Shown here: one piece after another, positions 9,634 through 19,721 of the stretch
How the letters are laid out: each line of letters opens with the position of its first letter
How positions within the stretch are numbered: position 1 is the stretch's first letter
From: Gammaproteobacteria bacterium
Lineage (GTDB): Bacteria; Pseudomonadota; Gammaproteobacteria; Pseudomonadales; Litorivicinaceae
Reading direction: 5' to 3'
Length of the DNA stretch: 43,417 nt
Assembly: GCA_002714245.1 (NCBI GenBank)
Contig: PAWX01000071.1
Span: 1 to 43,417, forward strand
Program-made: the position numbers and the translations under genes
The notes under the pieces: model-generated
Database searches by the model: none
What the model saw: the letters and a program-made list of their open reading frames with translations, nothing else
Told to the model about the DNA's origin: nothing

Positions 9634-9819
9634 CTACTCGTCATCTCTTCGTACGTTAACCTGAAACTGATGACTGGCGTCAACAGACAGCTCAAAAAGA
9701 ATAGGGCAACAGCATACTTGACAATCCTGCCAGTAGTCCTGATTCCCAGCACTTATATCAACATCCGTCTGTTGAAATTCGCCACAATACGGACACATAA
9801 TCTCAACAATATCCCACAT
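9634..9819 (-). CDS. CPXCG-motif cysteine-rich small protein
   Basis: CPYCGE ... DCQVCCCPI; 61 aa; G-rich SD-like sequence upstream. Confidence 0.85.
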   Translation of the reverse strand: MWDIVEIMCPYCGEFQQTDVDISAGNQDYWQDCQVCCCPILFELSVDASHQFQVNVRRDDE

Positions 9820-10090
9820 TTTTTCGCCCCCTGAAGACTTGCCTCGCTACAGTTCATTCCGAGAGACTAGAAATCCTTCGAGTACAAATCTTTGAGCTCA
9901 ACAAATGATCGCGCTAACCTAAACTATTGTGCCATTAACAAGTACCTAAGCGCTTAATACTCTTCAGATAACAAAAGTTTTTCTTACAAAAATTAATTTA
10001 ACCTTTGAAAAAGTTTGGACTTTTGCTATTGCAGTACCTAAAAAAGCTGAACGAACGGCGTTAGCTATACAAAGTTAGGAACGAATACTG

Positions 10091-10339
10091 GTGCCCAAGG
10101 CAATCACACATGGACTGAGATTTGACGAGAGCATAGTCTACCTTGCTGCATATTTTAGCTTTACAAGCGGTTCGGTTAGCGGCACGAGCTATTCATTTCA
10201 CTACAGATCGGTCATCAGTTACATGATCATCGCAGTATCAAGTTCACACTTTGGAGCTTGGCAATCGGCGGCAATGAACATGATTTTCGTATTCGTTGGT
10301 GTTGCCTTCATCATGAAAAAAGCGATCGCACAACATTGA
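10091..10339 (+). CDS. Small membrane protein, CBU_0592-like (possibly degenerate)
   Basis: 'YLAAYFSFTSGSVSGTSYSFH' and 'GAWQSAAMNMIF' resemble the recalled CBU_0592/PQ-loop-like pattern; N-terminus atypical. Confidence 0.45.
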   Translation: MPKAITHGLRFDESIVYLAAYFSFTSGSVSGTSYSFHYRSVISYMIIAVSSSHFGAWQSAAMNMIFVFVGVAFIMKKAIAQH

Positions 10340-10529
10340 ACGCGTTCCCCATCCTTGATTAATGTACCGGCACTTGGATTCAAAATCGACAAGACTGGAT
10401 TAATCGCGCCAGCATAAGCCCTAGTTTTGAAGTGCCGCTCACGAAGGCCAAAAGGATATAGATTCTTATCAGTCATGATCTATCTAAATATCGAAAAGAA
10501 TAACAATCTGTTATTTGCACATTTTTTCC

Positions 10530-10557
10530 TTGCACCTGAGAAAAAAATAACTACACT
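10530..10557 (+). promoter_or_regulatory. Sigma70-type promoter for speDE
   Basis: TTGCAC (10530-10535), 16 nt, TACACT (10552-10557), followed by a GC-rich discriminator GCGCGC. Confidence 0.55.
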
Positions 10558-10677
10558 GCGCGCTACTTGAGCTGTATACACGAGGATTTATGCTCTTCTA
10601 ATTGCGCGATACTCCGGGGAATTGGGTGTGTCGCATCAGTACTACATCCCAGAAAGATCCAAGAGGTATCACCTGAA

Positions 10678-11124
10678 TTGAGCACGACCTTGACCGCAGT
10701 CGCCGCGCACAACTGGCCACAACATGACCAAATTGAAGATCGTGATCATTCACTCGATCACTTCATATCGCGTGATGGTGAGATTTTCGCCGGTACACAC
10801 TTGATCATCGATCTCTGGGAAGCAACGAATCTTGACAGCCTGGATCGAATGGAAGCAGCGATGCGTGCCTGTATCGAAGAATGCAACGCCACACTTCTTC
10901 ACATTCACCTACATCACTTCACTCCCAACGGCGGGATTAGTGGTGTAGCTGTACTTGCAGAATCCCACATATCAGTCCACACCTGGCCCGAGAAGAACTA
11001 TGCCGCATTTGATGTGTTCATGTGCGGTGACTCCAATCCTCACAGAGCGCTTGAGATTTTAAGCCGCTATTTTCGGCCAAAGCGATCAGAGATAACTGAA
11101 GAGCATCGCGGAAAAATTCGCTAA
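10678..11124 (+). CDS. speD: S-adenosylmethionine decarboxylase proenzyme
   Basis: 'GTHLIIDL', self-cleavage site 'LAESHISVHTWPE', 'DVFMCG'; likely TTG start at 10678 with GAGGT SD (frame open from 10567). Confidence 0.93.
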   Translation: MSTTLTAVAAHNWPQHDQIEDRDHSLDHFISRDGEIFAGTHLIIDLWEATNLDSLDRMEAAMRACIEECNATLLHIHLHHFTPNGGISGVAVLAESHISVHTWPEKNYAAFDVFMCGDSNPHRALEILSRYFRPKRSEITEEHRGKIR

Positions 11125-11963
11125 TGCGTTACCAAGAAACTCTTTTCTCGGAATGGGGACAAAACTTCGAGCGGGGCAAAACCCTATTTGAGGCAGAGAC
11201 CGGACACCAACACCTAATTATTTTTGATAACCCGAGATTCGGCCGTGTGATGGCTCTAGATGGAGTTATTCAAACAACCGAAGTAGATGAGTTCGTATAC
11301 CACGAGATGATGGTACACGTGCCAATGAACACCCATCTAAATCCCAAACATATTCTAATCATTGGTGGTGGAGATGGCGGAATCTTACGTGAGGTGTTGA
11401 AACACGAATCAGTCGAGTCAGTAACTCAGGTCGAAATCGATCGAGCCGTCATCGATATGTGTATTGAATATTTCCCAAATCACTCAAAAGGTGCGTTTGA
11501 TGACCCCCGCCTTAATCTTGTCATTAATGATGGTGCTGCTTTCATAGCGAATAACGAGCGGAAATTCGACGTCATTATCACAGACTCTACAGACCCAATC
11601 GGCCCCGGCGAGGTTCTTTTTGAGTCTGGGTTCTACCAAGGATGTGCTAACGCTTTGTCCGAGAACGGGATATTGGTCACACAAAATGGCGTGCCCTTTA
11701 TGCAAGGCGATGAAGTCGCAAATACCTATCGCCGCTGGAGACCCTACTTTAGAACACGAACATTTTATTTGACATCTGTCCCAACGTACGTCGGTGGCGC
11801 AATGGCCATGGGCTTTGCCAGTAAATCCGAAATCACCGAGCCATCCCATTCTCAGCTCGAAAAGCGTACGAATGAAATACACGACCTGAGATACTACTCA
11901 CCAGAGGTGCATTTGGGGGCATTTGGTCTGCCTACATTTGTTCAGAACTTAATGGTCGACTAG
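11124..11963 (+). CDS. speE: Spermidine synthase (polyamine aminopropyltransferase)
   Basis: 'LDGVIQ', 'YHEM', 'IIGGGDGG', 'DSTDP'; TAATG coupling with speD. Confidence 0.95.
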   Translation: MRYQETLFSEWGQNFERGKTLFEAETGHQHLIIFDNPRFGRVMALDGVIQTTEVDEFVYHEMMVHVPMNTHLNPKHILIIGGGDGGILREVLKHESVESVTQVEIDRAVIDMCIEYFPNHSKGAFDDPRLNLVINDGAAFIANNERKFDVIITDSTDPIGPGEVLFESGFYQGCANALSENGILVTQNGVPFMQGDEVANTYRRWRPYFRTRTFYLTSVPTYVGGAMAMGFASKSEITEPSHSQLEKRTNEIHDLRYYSPEVHLGAFGLPTFVQNLMVD

Positions 11964-12063
11964 TGATAGATGCCAACAAGTAGCCACAACAAGCTAACCA
12001 CTTGAGTGATCAATCGGTGAGACAAACTTTTTCGTTTTGATTTTATTCGGAGAAATGTAATGA

Positions 12064-13266
12064 CTAGGGATTACGTTTAAACTTGTTCCTGATCCGGACC
12101 ATAGTTATCCAAACGATACCTATTACCACCGGCGCTATAGCAGCCTTAACCCATTCTTCGTATCGGGGATCGACGAATGGCTCTACCGTGGGAGAGATCA
12201 GACCCACTGCATAATACGCGATTGCCACAGTCGACAAACCCTCGACTGCTGACTGTAATCGAAGTTGTCGGACCGCACTTTTGTCCAAGCTCTCCAACAG
12301 ATCACGTGTCTGGCTTTGCAAGTTCAACTGTAACTGTGTACGCAGCAGTTGCGCTCGATCATCGATCTGATCGGCAAGCTCGGAGCGGCGACGCATTACA
12401 GTATCTGCCGTCGCTATGGCAGGAGTGAGGCGTCTTTTTAGAAAGTGTCTTATGCCGACAGACTCGTCTCTTCCATGAGCACGTAACTGGACAAGCCGTT
12501 CGAATACCAAATCGTGGTAAGCCTTATTGGCACCGATCCGCCAAGCCAAATTCTCCCAAATCTCATGTAATTCACTTTCTTGATCGGACAAAATAGAGAG
12601 TGTTTTCATCATATCCGAGTGGTCTGAATCGCCCGAATCGCCGTTGGGTAATTCATTCGCGACTCGTTGTAGTGTCGGATGAGCAGCCCGAATGCCATCC
12701 ATTCCCATAACGGCCAGTGTTCTGTAAGTTTCTATTTCTAAAACCATCTGCAGAAGTCGCCCGGCAGCCTCTCTCCCTGGATCGTCTGCAAACGACACCC
12801 ACCAGGCACTGAGACCATTTTGATCAGGTTCAAAACGTACAGCAGTTGTCACTGCGCCATCCCGCATATCACTTATCGCGTCATAATGATCCGGAAGTTT
12901 CAGATTGATCCCCGAACGCAATTCAGTGAGGACCAGTATGTCTTCCGGTGATTTATCTATCCAGCCCTTATCCAAAACGTCCCACGGATCCCAACCACCG
13001 GCAACGGTTTGGGCGATAGAAACGAATTCTGTATGTCGTTCAATCCTTACCCAGGATTTGTTTGCCTCGGTTTCCCAGTGACCCCTAAAGTCGTCAGGAA
13101 AATCGCCCATTTTTTCCTTAATCCAAGCGAGAACGCTCTCCCTAGAAGTTGGGGAAACCCGAACGCAGATATGCACGAGGTGACAACCAGCACTTAGTAC
13201 CGGAAATGGACGCGCATGGAGCTCCCGATTTGCGTCAAGTCGTATTCGGTGTGGATCGTTAGTCAT
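12064..13266 (-). CDS. DUF3422 family membrane protein
   Basis: 'ELHARPF', 'ERHTEF', 'EIETYR', 'QLRLQSAVEGLS..AI.YY', two C-terminal TMs. Confidence 0.85.
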   Translation of the reverse strand: MTNDPHRIRLDANRELHARPFPVLSAGCHLVHICVRVSPTSRESVLAWIKEKMGDFPDDFRGHWETEANKSWVRIERHTEFVSIAQTVAGGWDPWDVLDKGWIDKSPEDILVLTELRSGINLKLPDHYDAISDMRDGAVTTAVRFEPDQNGLSAWWVSFADDPGREAAGRLLQMVLEIETYRTLAVMGMDGIRAAHPTLQRVANELPNGDSGDSDHSDMMKTLSILSDQESELHEIWENLAWRIGANKAYHDLVFERLVQLRAHGRDESVGIRHFLKRRLTPAIATADTVMRRRSELADQIDDRAQLLRTQLQLNLQSQTRDLLESLDKSAVRQLRLQSAVEGLSTVAIAYYAVGLISPTVEPFVDPRYEEWVKAAIAPVVIGIVWITMVRIRNKFKRNP

Positions 13267-13387
13267 CGGTAGCGAGTAAGAAAATTGATACGTAGCCAGC
13301 GATCACAATGGACGCGCACATCAGAGGAAAAAACCGCATTAAATACCCCACAAATAATTTGGATCTATGATTAAACCACATATCCAA

Positions 13388-15541
13388 CTACGGTATCGAA
13401 GATGGATCAAAGAATTGATTCTGTTTGTGAGTCAAAAAGATAACCAAAGAGACCGAAATGGCACCGATCAGATTCATTAACCAATGGAGTGGTATGAAGC
13501 ATAGCACGGCCCCGCCCATGAGGAGCGGCCAATGCCACACCGCCAAGGGCCCTTCGGCAAATCTAGAGATCATCGCGTTGATAGCGTAGATACCAAACAA
13601 GGAAAATAAACCGAGACGTAACATCTCATCAATAGATCCAGTTATCAAAGGCGTGTAAGCAAATAACAGCGGAACTATATACAGACCCTTAGCCGCCCTC
13701 CACGCCTGAAAACCTGTAGCCATCGGAGGGGATTTCGCTATTCCAGCCGCCGTAAACGCGGCCAAGCAGACCGGAGGCGTGACGTTGCTGTCTTGGCTCA
13801 ACCAAAAGATGATCAGGTGAGCGATCAGCAAAAACGCGGTCAACGATTCGACATCTACCAATACCGGTCTCAATGTCATGGCTACCTCAAATGGCAACGC
13901 CGCCACCAAACTCCATGCCTCCTGCTCTGTCATACCTATTGCCACCTTTGCCACCAACGGGCTGTCCACCAGCATAAACAGTGATGCCTGAGCAGGGTCA
14001 GTCAGACCAATCATGAGCTGCTGTACAATGACAGTGTCAGCCAAAATACCGGCCAGTGCAGGCGCACATAGGATGGCCATGATGATATAGGCCGCGGTAA
14101 CTGGCAGGCCCATCCCCAGAACGAGGGATGCTAAAGCTATCAGCAATATGGCTATTACAAGGGATCCCTGGGACCACTGCGCGATCATAAGCGAAAAACC
14201 GTTACCGATACCGCTCGTGACAATAGCGTTATTGATCACGCCTATTGAGACCATCAGAATAGCGGTCAAAATACCACCCCTCACTCCGAATAAGCATGCC
14301 TCACAGATTCGTTTGATGTTCATCACGTTGGATTGCATATCCCGCGAGCCAACGACCTGGCCAATTATCCATGAGATCCATGACGCGCTAATCAGGACAC
14401 CAATCGAGCCAGAGGCGGCGAAGGATGGGGTCACTCCCGCCATCAACAAATAAATCATTACCCCTAATGGGATCACGAAGGTTAGACCGCCCGCGTAAAT
14501 TTTTGCGCGACTTATCGACATGTCTACACCCTCACCAACCCGATGCTTTACTGCCTCAATACGCACAACAAAGGCGACAGAAAGGAAATACAGAAATGCA
14601 GGAATGACCGACACGGCAACGATCGTCGCGTAGGGGATGGAGGTGTAACTCGCCATAACGAAGGCCCCCGCCCCCATGATTGGTGGCATCAACTGACCCC
14701 CGGTCGATGCCGCCGCCTCGATCCCGGCCGCAAACCGTCCCCGGAAGCCACTGGCTTTCATTAGAGGTATTGTGATGACACCCGTAGACGCCGTGTTTGC
14801 AACGGCTGACCCACTGATCGTTCCGGTCAGAGCAGATGACAAGACCGCGACAAAGGCAGCACCGCCCCTGATTCTTCCAGCAACTACCTTCGATATCTCG
14901 ATCACAAAATCACTGGCCCCAGAGACCACAAGGAAGCCCCCAAAAATCATAAACAGAGCAATGTTTGACGAAGAGATATTGGCAAGAATTCCGAACAGGC
15001 CCTCGTCGTTATAGATCGTACGGAACAAGATATCGTCCAACGGCAGGCTCGCGGTACGGAACACCCCCGGCAGATATTCCCCTAAAAAGAGAATGTACGA
15101 GATCGCCACCACAATCAGGACCGGGATTACCCAACCCGAGACACGTCTTGAGAAGTCGAAAGCAGCAAGTATTAATACAAGCCCGGCGACCCAATCGATC
15201 ACATTGAACTGCCAAGACTGACCCGTGATAGCCAAAGTGTCCTCGTAAATCCTCGACTCCGCGGCCACTACCCAGCATGCCGACAGCGCCACCACTAAGC
15301 CATAAATAACGTCTAGCGCCAGAGACGATCGACCAAAGATTTTTGCGGGAAAGATGATACTGGCAAGGAACGCAAACCCACCGAAGTGTATGGCATTCTG
15401 CCAAATAGGAGGCTCGTTAATCAGCAGATTGGTAACAACATGCCAGACGGCAAAGCACACGGCAAAACAAATCAGTAACGATCTCAGAACTGTGAAATCA
15501 GCAGACGATTCATCAAATGACAACCAATGCTCTCGTGTCAT
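13388..15541 (-). CDS. TAXI-type TRAP transporter fused 4TM/12TM permease
   Basis: 'SGSAVAN', 'EAAASTGGQLMPPIMGAGAF', 'LGMGLP', 'TPPVCLAAF'; adjacent to a TAXI binding protein. Confidence 0.93.
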   Translation of the reverse strand: MTREHWLSFDESSADFTVLRSLLICFAVCFAVWHVVTNLLINEPPIWQNAIHFGGFAFLASIIFPAKIFGRSSLALDVIYGLVVALSACWVVAAESRIYEDTLAITGQSWQFNVIDWVAGLVLILAAFDFSRRVSGWVIPVLIVVAISYILFLGEYLPGVFRTASLPLDDILFRTIYNDEGLFGILANISSSNIALFMIFGGFLVVSGASDFVIEISKVVAGRIRGGAAFVAVLSSALTGTISGSAVANTASTGVITIPLMKASGFRGRFAAGIEAAASTGGQLMPPIMGAGAFVMASYTSIPYATIVAVSVIPAFLYFLSVAFVVRIEAVKHRVGEGVDMSISRAKIYAGGLTFVIPLGVMIYLLMAGVTPSFAASGSIGVLISASWISWIIGQVVGSRDMQSNVMNIKRICEACLFGVRGGILTAILMVSIGVINNAIVTSGIGNGFSLMIAQWSQGSLVIAILLIALASLVLGMGLPVTAAYIIMAILCAPALAGILADTVIVQQLMIGLTDPAQASLFMLVDSPLVAKVAIGMTEQEAWSLVAALPFEVAMTLRPVLVDVESLTAFLLIAHLIIFWLSQDSNVTPPVCLAAFTAAGIAKSPPMATGFQAWRAAKGLYIVPLLFAYTPLITGSIDEMLRLGLFSLFGIYAINAMISRFAEGPLAVWHWPLLMGGAVLCFIPLHWLMNLIGAISVSLVIFLTHKQNQFFDPSSIP

Positions 15542-15573
15542 CTACGCCTCCTGGTTAGTCCCAACCGGAAATA

Positions 15574-15605
15574 CAAAAGAGAGACCAGAGTATTCTGGTC
15601 TCTCT
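15574..15605 (-). terminator. Intercistronic stem-loop (terminator or mRNA stabiliser) after the TAXI binding-protein gene
   Basis: Perfect 12-bp inverted repeat AGAGAGACCAGA-GTAT-TCTGGTCTCTCT (15578-15605), followed by a short T-run on the minus strand. Confidence 0.7.
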
Positions 15606-15616
15606 CTGGTTACGCT

Positions 15617-16627
15617 TTATTTGGCGACCAGATGCGATGGGACCTTAAGCCCTACTTCCTTGTAGTACTTGGCAGCGCCAGGATGCAAAGGTACCGGCAG
15701 ACCATTCATCGCCTTCTCAACGGCCATCACCTTTGTCGCTGGGTGAATGGCCTGCAAGAATGGAAGATTCTCATACATGGTCTTGGTCAGAAGATACACA
15801 TGGTTATCATCTACGTTCGCATTTACAGCCAGAAAATTAGGCTGCGCAACGGTCTGGACGTCCTTCGTCTGGCCTGGATAAGTTCCAGCCTTAAGTGTGT
15901 AAGGTGTCCAGAGAAGACGGCCCCCGTCCATCTTCTTCGCCTCGTCTGGGGTAACGTTCAGGATCGTGAATTTTCCTTTGTTCCCCGCCATCAACTTAGT
16001 AATGGCACTGGTTGGTGGGCCAGATGGAATCCCGGCTGCCACGATCTGGCCATTAGCAAGCGCGTCCGCTGTCGGCGTATAGCCCGCATGCATAAGATCG
16101 AAGTCTTTATCCATATCGAGTCCGAGACCAGAAAGCAAAACTCGATTGGAACCAATCGTTCCTGAGTTTTGTTTCCCCATACCAGCACTCTTACCCTTTA
16201 AGCCTATCAGATCAGAAGCCGTTCCATTTTTTACCGCGCTATTCGCGACAACGAACTGCTCCACGTTCTGCCAAAGCATTGTCACCGAGCGCAGGTTTTT
16301 CTGGGGAGCCGAGACCGGACCAGTTCCTGTTGCCGCATAAGAACCAAATAAACCCTGAAGAATCGCGAAGTCAGCAGTACCGGCGCCTAGTGCCTGAACA
16401 TTCGCCCCAGAACCGGCTGAGTTAACCGCGGTTAGGCTAAACTTTTTCTTTGGTAACAACTTTACTTTCGAGAGTGTCGCAATTGCTGTTCCAACAGGGT
16501 GATATGTACCACCGGTGGAGGCTGTATTCAGCACATAGTCTTTCGCGCTGGCAATAGTCATACCAGACATCGTCAGCGAGCCGGCAACAATCGCGGCCCC
16601 AAGTGTGAGTAATGAACGACGTTTCAT
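15617..16627 (-). CDS. TAXI family TRAP solute-binding protein
   Basis: RR-containing signal peptide, 'TASTGGTYHPVG', 'SAGSGAN', 'PLHPGA.KYYKE'. Confidence 0.93.
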   Translation of the reverse strand: MKRRSLLTLGAAIVAGSLTMSGMTIASAKDYVLNTASTGGTYHPVGTAIATLSKVKLLPKKKFSLTAVNSAGSGANVQALGAGTADFAILQGLFGSYAATGTGPVSAPQKNLRSVTMLWQNVEQFVVANSAVKNGTASDLIGLKGKSAGMGKQNSGTIGSNRVLLSGLGLDMDKDFDLMHAGYTPTADALANGQIVAAGIPSGPPTSAITKLMAGNKGKFTILNVTPDEAKKMDGGRLLWTPYTLKAGTYPGQTKDVQTVAQPNFLAVNANVDDNHVYLLTKTMYENLPFLQAIHPATKVMAVEKAMNGLPVPLHPGAAKYYKEVGLKVPSHLVAK

Positions 16628-16679
16628 TATTTGTCTCCGTTTTTTTAATTAATCCAGTAACCCATCTGTACCGGTGAGT

Positions 16680-16696
16680 AGCAACATACCCACCAG
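16680..16696 (-). promoter_or_regulatory. Possible sigma54 (-24/-12) promoter for the TAXI operon
   Basis: Minus strand CTGGTGGGTATGTTGCT gives GG-N10-GC with TTGCT, but the -24 box is imperfect (TGGT rather than TGGC). Confidence 0.3.
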
Positions 16697-16788
16697 TACC
16701 TCCTAATCGGGTCGGTTAAAGATGATCCATCATGCAAACCTGGCCAGATGATAGGCACAGTACCATCACAATATCCAGCATTCTCAAC

Positions 16789-17577
16789 TCATACATTTAC
16801 GGATTTCATGGCACCACCATCCACCCGGGCCTGTATCCCCGTGATATAACTCGCTCTCACGCTCACCAAAAAAACCACCATAGACGCAAATTCATCTGGT
16901 GTCCCGTAGCGGCCCATCGGTATTCCTGCCCAGGATCGGAGACGTATCTCGTCAACCTCGACACCCTCGGCCTTTGCCCCACCCGCGTCAATCGCCTTCG
17001 TGCGTGGTGTATCAATTCTGCCTGGCAATACCATATTGCAGGTCACACCATGAGGGGCCATTTGTTCGGACAGTGTCTTGACGTAACCCGCTAGGGCAGA
17101 TCGTAGGGTATTGGATACCGCCAGCTTTGGAATCGGCATCACAATGCCCGATGACGCAATCACGACGACCCGGCCAAACCCGGCGCTCTTCATTCGCCCG
17201 ACGGAGGTATCAATGATCTCAATAAGACCAAGCACCATCGCATCGAATTCCTTGGTCCAGATATCCGAAGCAATCCCCGGCGCCATCCCCGGGGCCGGAC
17301 CCCCTGAGTTGGCCACCAAGACGTCGATCCTGGGCAGATTCTCGATCAAATCACACAAGGACTGCCTCGACTCTGAATCAAACAAATCACATGTCGCGAT
17401 ATCAGCAGACCCTCCGGCGTCCTGAATCTTCCGCTGTACTTCTCTCAGGGCATCTTCACGCCGCGCGACAAGGATCACGTGCGCGCCCTCCTCCGCAAGC
17501 TGCTTTGCGGACGCCTCACCGAGCCCCTGCGAGGCCCCCATCACGACCGCTGTACGGCCATCTAATCCTAAATCCAC
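16789..17577 (-). CDS. SDR family oxidoreductase with atypical active site
   Basis: GASQGLG, 'NSGGP', 'PGRIDT'; SNTLR in place of YxxxK. Confidence 0.88.
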   Translation of the reverse strand: MDLGLDGRTAVVMGASQGLGEASAKQLAEEGAHVILVARREDALREVQRKIQDAGGSADIATCDLFDSESRQSLCDLIENLPRIDVLVANSGGPAPGMAPGIASDIWTKEFDAMVLGLIEIIDTSVGRMKSAGFGRVVVIASSGIVMPIPKLAVSNTLRSALAGYVKTLSEQMAPHGVTCNMVLPGRIDTPRTKAIDAGGAKAEGVEVDEIRLRSWAGIPMGRYGTPDEFASMVVFLVSVRASYITGIQARVDGGAMKSVNV

Positions 17578-17589
17578 ATCGATTCCTTA

Positions 17590-18789
17590 TTATTTCTGTT
17601 GGTCAAGCACGTATCTGGCAAACGCGAAGCTTGCTGTAAATGCCGGGCTTATCGCATTCAACACATGAATGGTCTTATCATCTTGCAAAACAACAAAATC
17701 GTTTACCAAGTGCTGTCTGTCCGCATCAAATATTTGTGACCGGATACCTACTTTTGCAAGACTGCGCTCAAGATCATCAGGCCCTACGCCCGAGATGATC
17801 TTCGAGAGTTCATTACAGACCCCCTTTAACCGTACCAGCTTCATTTCACGCAAAGCGAGTGTCCGTAAACCATTTGTATTATGGAGCAATTTCTTAACTA
17901 TAGAGGCGCTTAGGCTCAAACCATCCAACCAAGATATGCCTTGAAGTCCCTTATAATTTTCACGACCAATGACGGGGGTGGAGCTGGGTCCAAAATACAC
18001 CTCGCCGTGAGAATTGTGCGCAGTATGCACGCCCAGAAAAGGCAGATCGAGGTCAGGCACCGGATACACCAGACGTCGCATTTTAAAGTGTGTATTTTTG
18101 TGCTTCCAATACTTACCCTTGAAAGGCTGGAAACTGTATCGTGTTTTCAGACCAGCGCGTTTAGCGACCTGATCAGCAAACAATCCCGCCGCGTTAACGA
18201 CCGTTGGAGATTCAAATGTGCCAACTGAGGTCTGCACTGTCCCACATTTTGAGTCGATTGAGCCTGCAGACGCGTTGTAATGAATCACTCCTCCAGCCTC
18301 GATAACGTCTTTTTTAATCCGTTCCACGACCTCCTTCGGATTGACCACCGACGTAATCGGAACAAACAGTACCTGATCAAACTGAGGATTAACGTGCGGT
18401 TCCAGCTCCAGCGCCTCTTTCCCCGTCAATTGATGGATCTCTACACCATTTGCCCTTCCGCGATCGAGAAGGACCTGCATGGACCCAAGCGCCGATTCCG
18501 AGGGTGGCACCAGCAATTTGCCACAATTATCAATCCACAGCCCTCGCTCGGAAACATAATCGCGCATCAGTTGACATCCAGACACACATAGCTGGGCCCT
18601 TAGACTTCCTTCCGTATAATAGATACCCGAATGCACGACACCCGAGTTACGACCACTCCCGTGGGCCACAGAATTCTGCTCTTTCTCCAAGACCACGACA
18701 TCTGATTTCGGATAACGAAGCAGCCACTCGCGGGCGATCGTCAGCCCGACGACCCCACCCCCGATCACCACCAAATCGCATGTGTTCAT
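17590..18789 (-). CDS. lhgO: L-2-hydroxyglutarate oxidase-like FAD oxidoreductase
   Basis: GGGVVG, 'SGRNSGVVHSGIYY', 'YPVPD...PFLGVH', 'HVLNAISPAFTAS'; ATG 18789 overlaps the upstream stop (frame open to 18804). Confidence 0.8.
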   Translation of the reverse strand: MNTCDLVVIGGGVVGLTIAREWLLRYPKSDVVVLEKEQNSVAHGSGRNSGVVHSGIYYTEGSLRAQLCVSGCQLMRDYVSERGLWIDNCGKLLVPPSESALGSMQVLLDRGRANGVEIHQLTGKEALELEPHVNPQFDQVLFVPITSVVNPKEVVERIKKDVIEAGGVIHYNASAGSIDSKCGTVQTSVGTFESPTVVNAAGLFADQVAKRAGLKTRYSFQPFKGKYWKHKNTHFKMRRLVYPVPDLDLPFLGVHTAHNSHGEVYFGPSSTPVIGRENYKGLQGISWLDGLSLSASIVKKLLHNTNGLRTLALREMKLVRLKGVCNELSKIISGVGPDDLERSLAKVGIRSQIFDADRQHLVNDFVVLQDDKTIHVLNAISPAFTASFAFARYVLDQQK

Positions 18790-19721
18790 GTGAGCCTGAT
18801 CCAATTCATACTATCCGCAAACCACAACACCATCGGCACCGACACGATCGACAGGACCGTCTGGACTGCAACAATTCCTGCCATTAATTGGGCATCTCCA
18901 CCCAACTGTCTCGCTAAAATATAGCTCGATGCTGCTGTTGATACGCAAGTCAGGAGCAAACCCACAAGAACCCAATCGTTCGTGAGTCCCATCCAAAACG
19001 CCAAGCCAAGGAACAAGAGTGGCTTCACAAGTAGTTGCGTGACAACCGAGAACAATGTCAATCCGAGCCCAGCCCTTACCGCTTGCCACTGGAGCCCTGC
19101 CCCCAAACACAACACCCCCATCGGAAGCGCGGCCTTCCCAATAAGAGCCAACCCAGAAATTGGGAATCCATCAGCGATTTCCAGCAAGCGGCCCATGCCC
19201 CCAATCGCGCACGCCAAGATCAAGGGATTTTTCGATAATTCGCGACCCACCTGAGCCAGCTCAAATCTGGGATGTTTAGCGGTCATAACCGAGACACAGG
19301 CTATGTTGATGATGACAATGATGATCGCAGCTGCGATAGCGACGTGTGGCAATAAATCGGGGCGAAGACCAGCCGCTAATGCGAGTGATATGAACGTATT
19401 GAAACGGATAATTCCTTGGTACACCGATGTAAATGAGGCGTAACTCGGCCCAAACAGGCCAATCCGCCACACAAGAATTGCAAACACAGTGATGATCCCC
19501 AGCGTGGAATAAACGGAACCGATCAGAGGTCCCCATGGGACCGAAATATCGGGCGCCCGAATGATGACCTCAATCAAAAGGCTTGGCATCAGCACCCAAT
19601 AGGAGACCCACTCGAGGCCGCGCCAGAAAGACTCGCCTACGTTCGAGAAGCGATTGATCGCGAAACCAAGAGCCAATATCCAGGCAATGGGCAGCACCGC
19701 GTCTGCAATTAGACTAACCAT
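18786..19721 (-). CDS. AEC (auxin efflux carrier) family transporter
   Basis: About 10 TMs, 'RFNTFI', 'NPLILAC', 'SYILARQLGGDA.LMA'. Confidence 0.88.
   Translation of the reverse strand: MVSLIADAVLPIAWILALGFAINRFSNVGESFWRGLEWVSYWVLMPSLLIEVIIRAPDISVPWGPLIGSVYSTLGIITVFAILVWRIGLFGPSYASFTSVYQGIIRFNTFISLALAAGLRPDLLPHVAIAAAIIIVIINIACVSVMTAKHPRFELAQVGRELSKNPLILACAIGGMGRLLEIADGFPISGLALIGKAALPMGVLCLGAGLQWQAVRAGLGLTLFSVVTQLLVKPLLFLGLAFWMGLTNDWVLVGLLLTCVSTAASSYILARQLGGDAQLMAGIVAVQTVLSIVSVPMVLWFADSMNWIRLT

Noticed and set aside
9820-10090. AT-rich intergenic stretch as a possible sRNA or att site
   Set aside because: No terminator hairpin, tRNA fragment or direct repeat could be identified.
10219-10476. 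85-aa minus-strand ORF
   Set aside because: No recognisable motif, and it overlaps a more plausible plus-strand membrane protein.
15527-16165. 212-aa plus-strand ORF
   Set aside because: Antisense shadow of the TAXI binding-protein gene with no family motifs.
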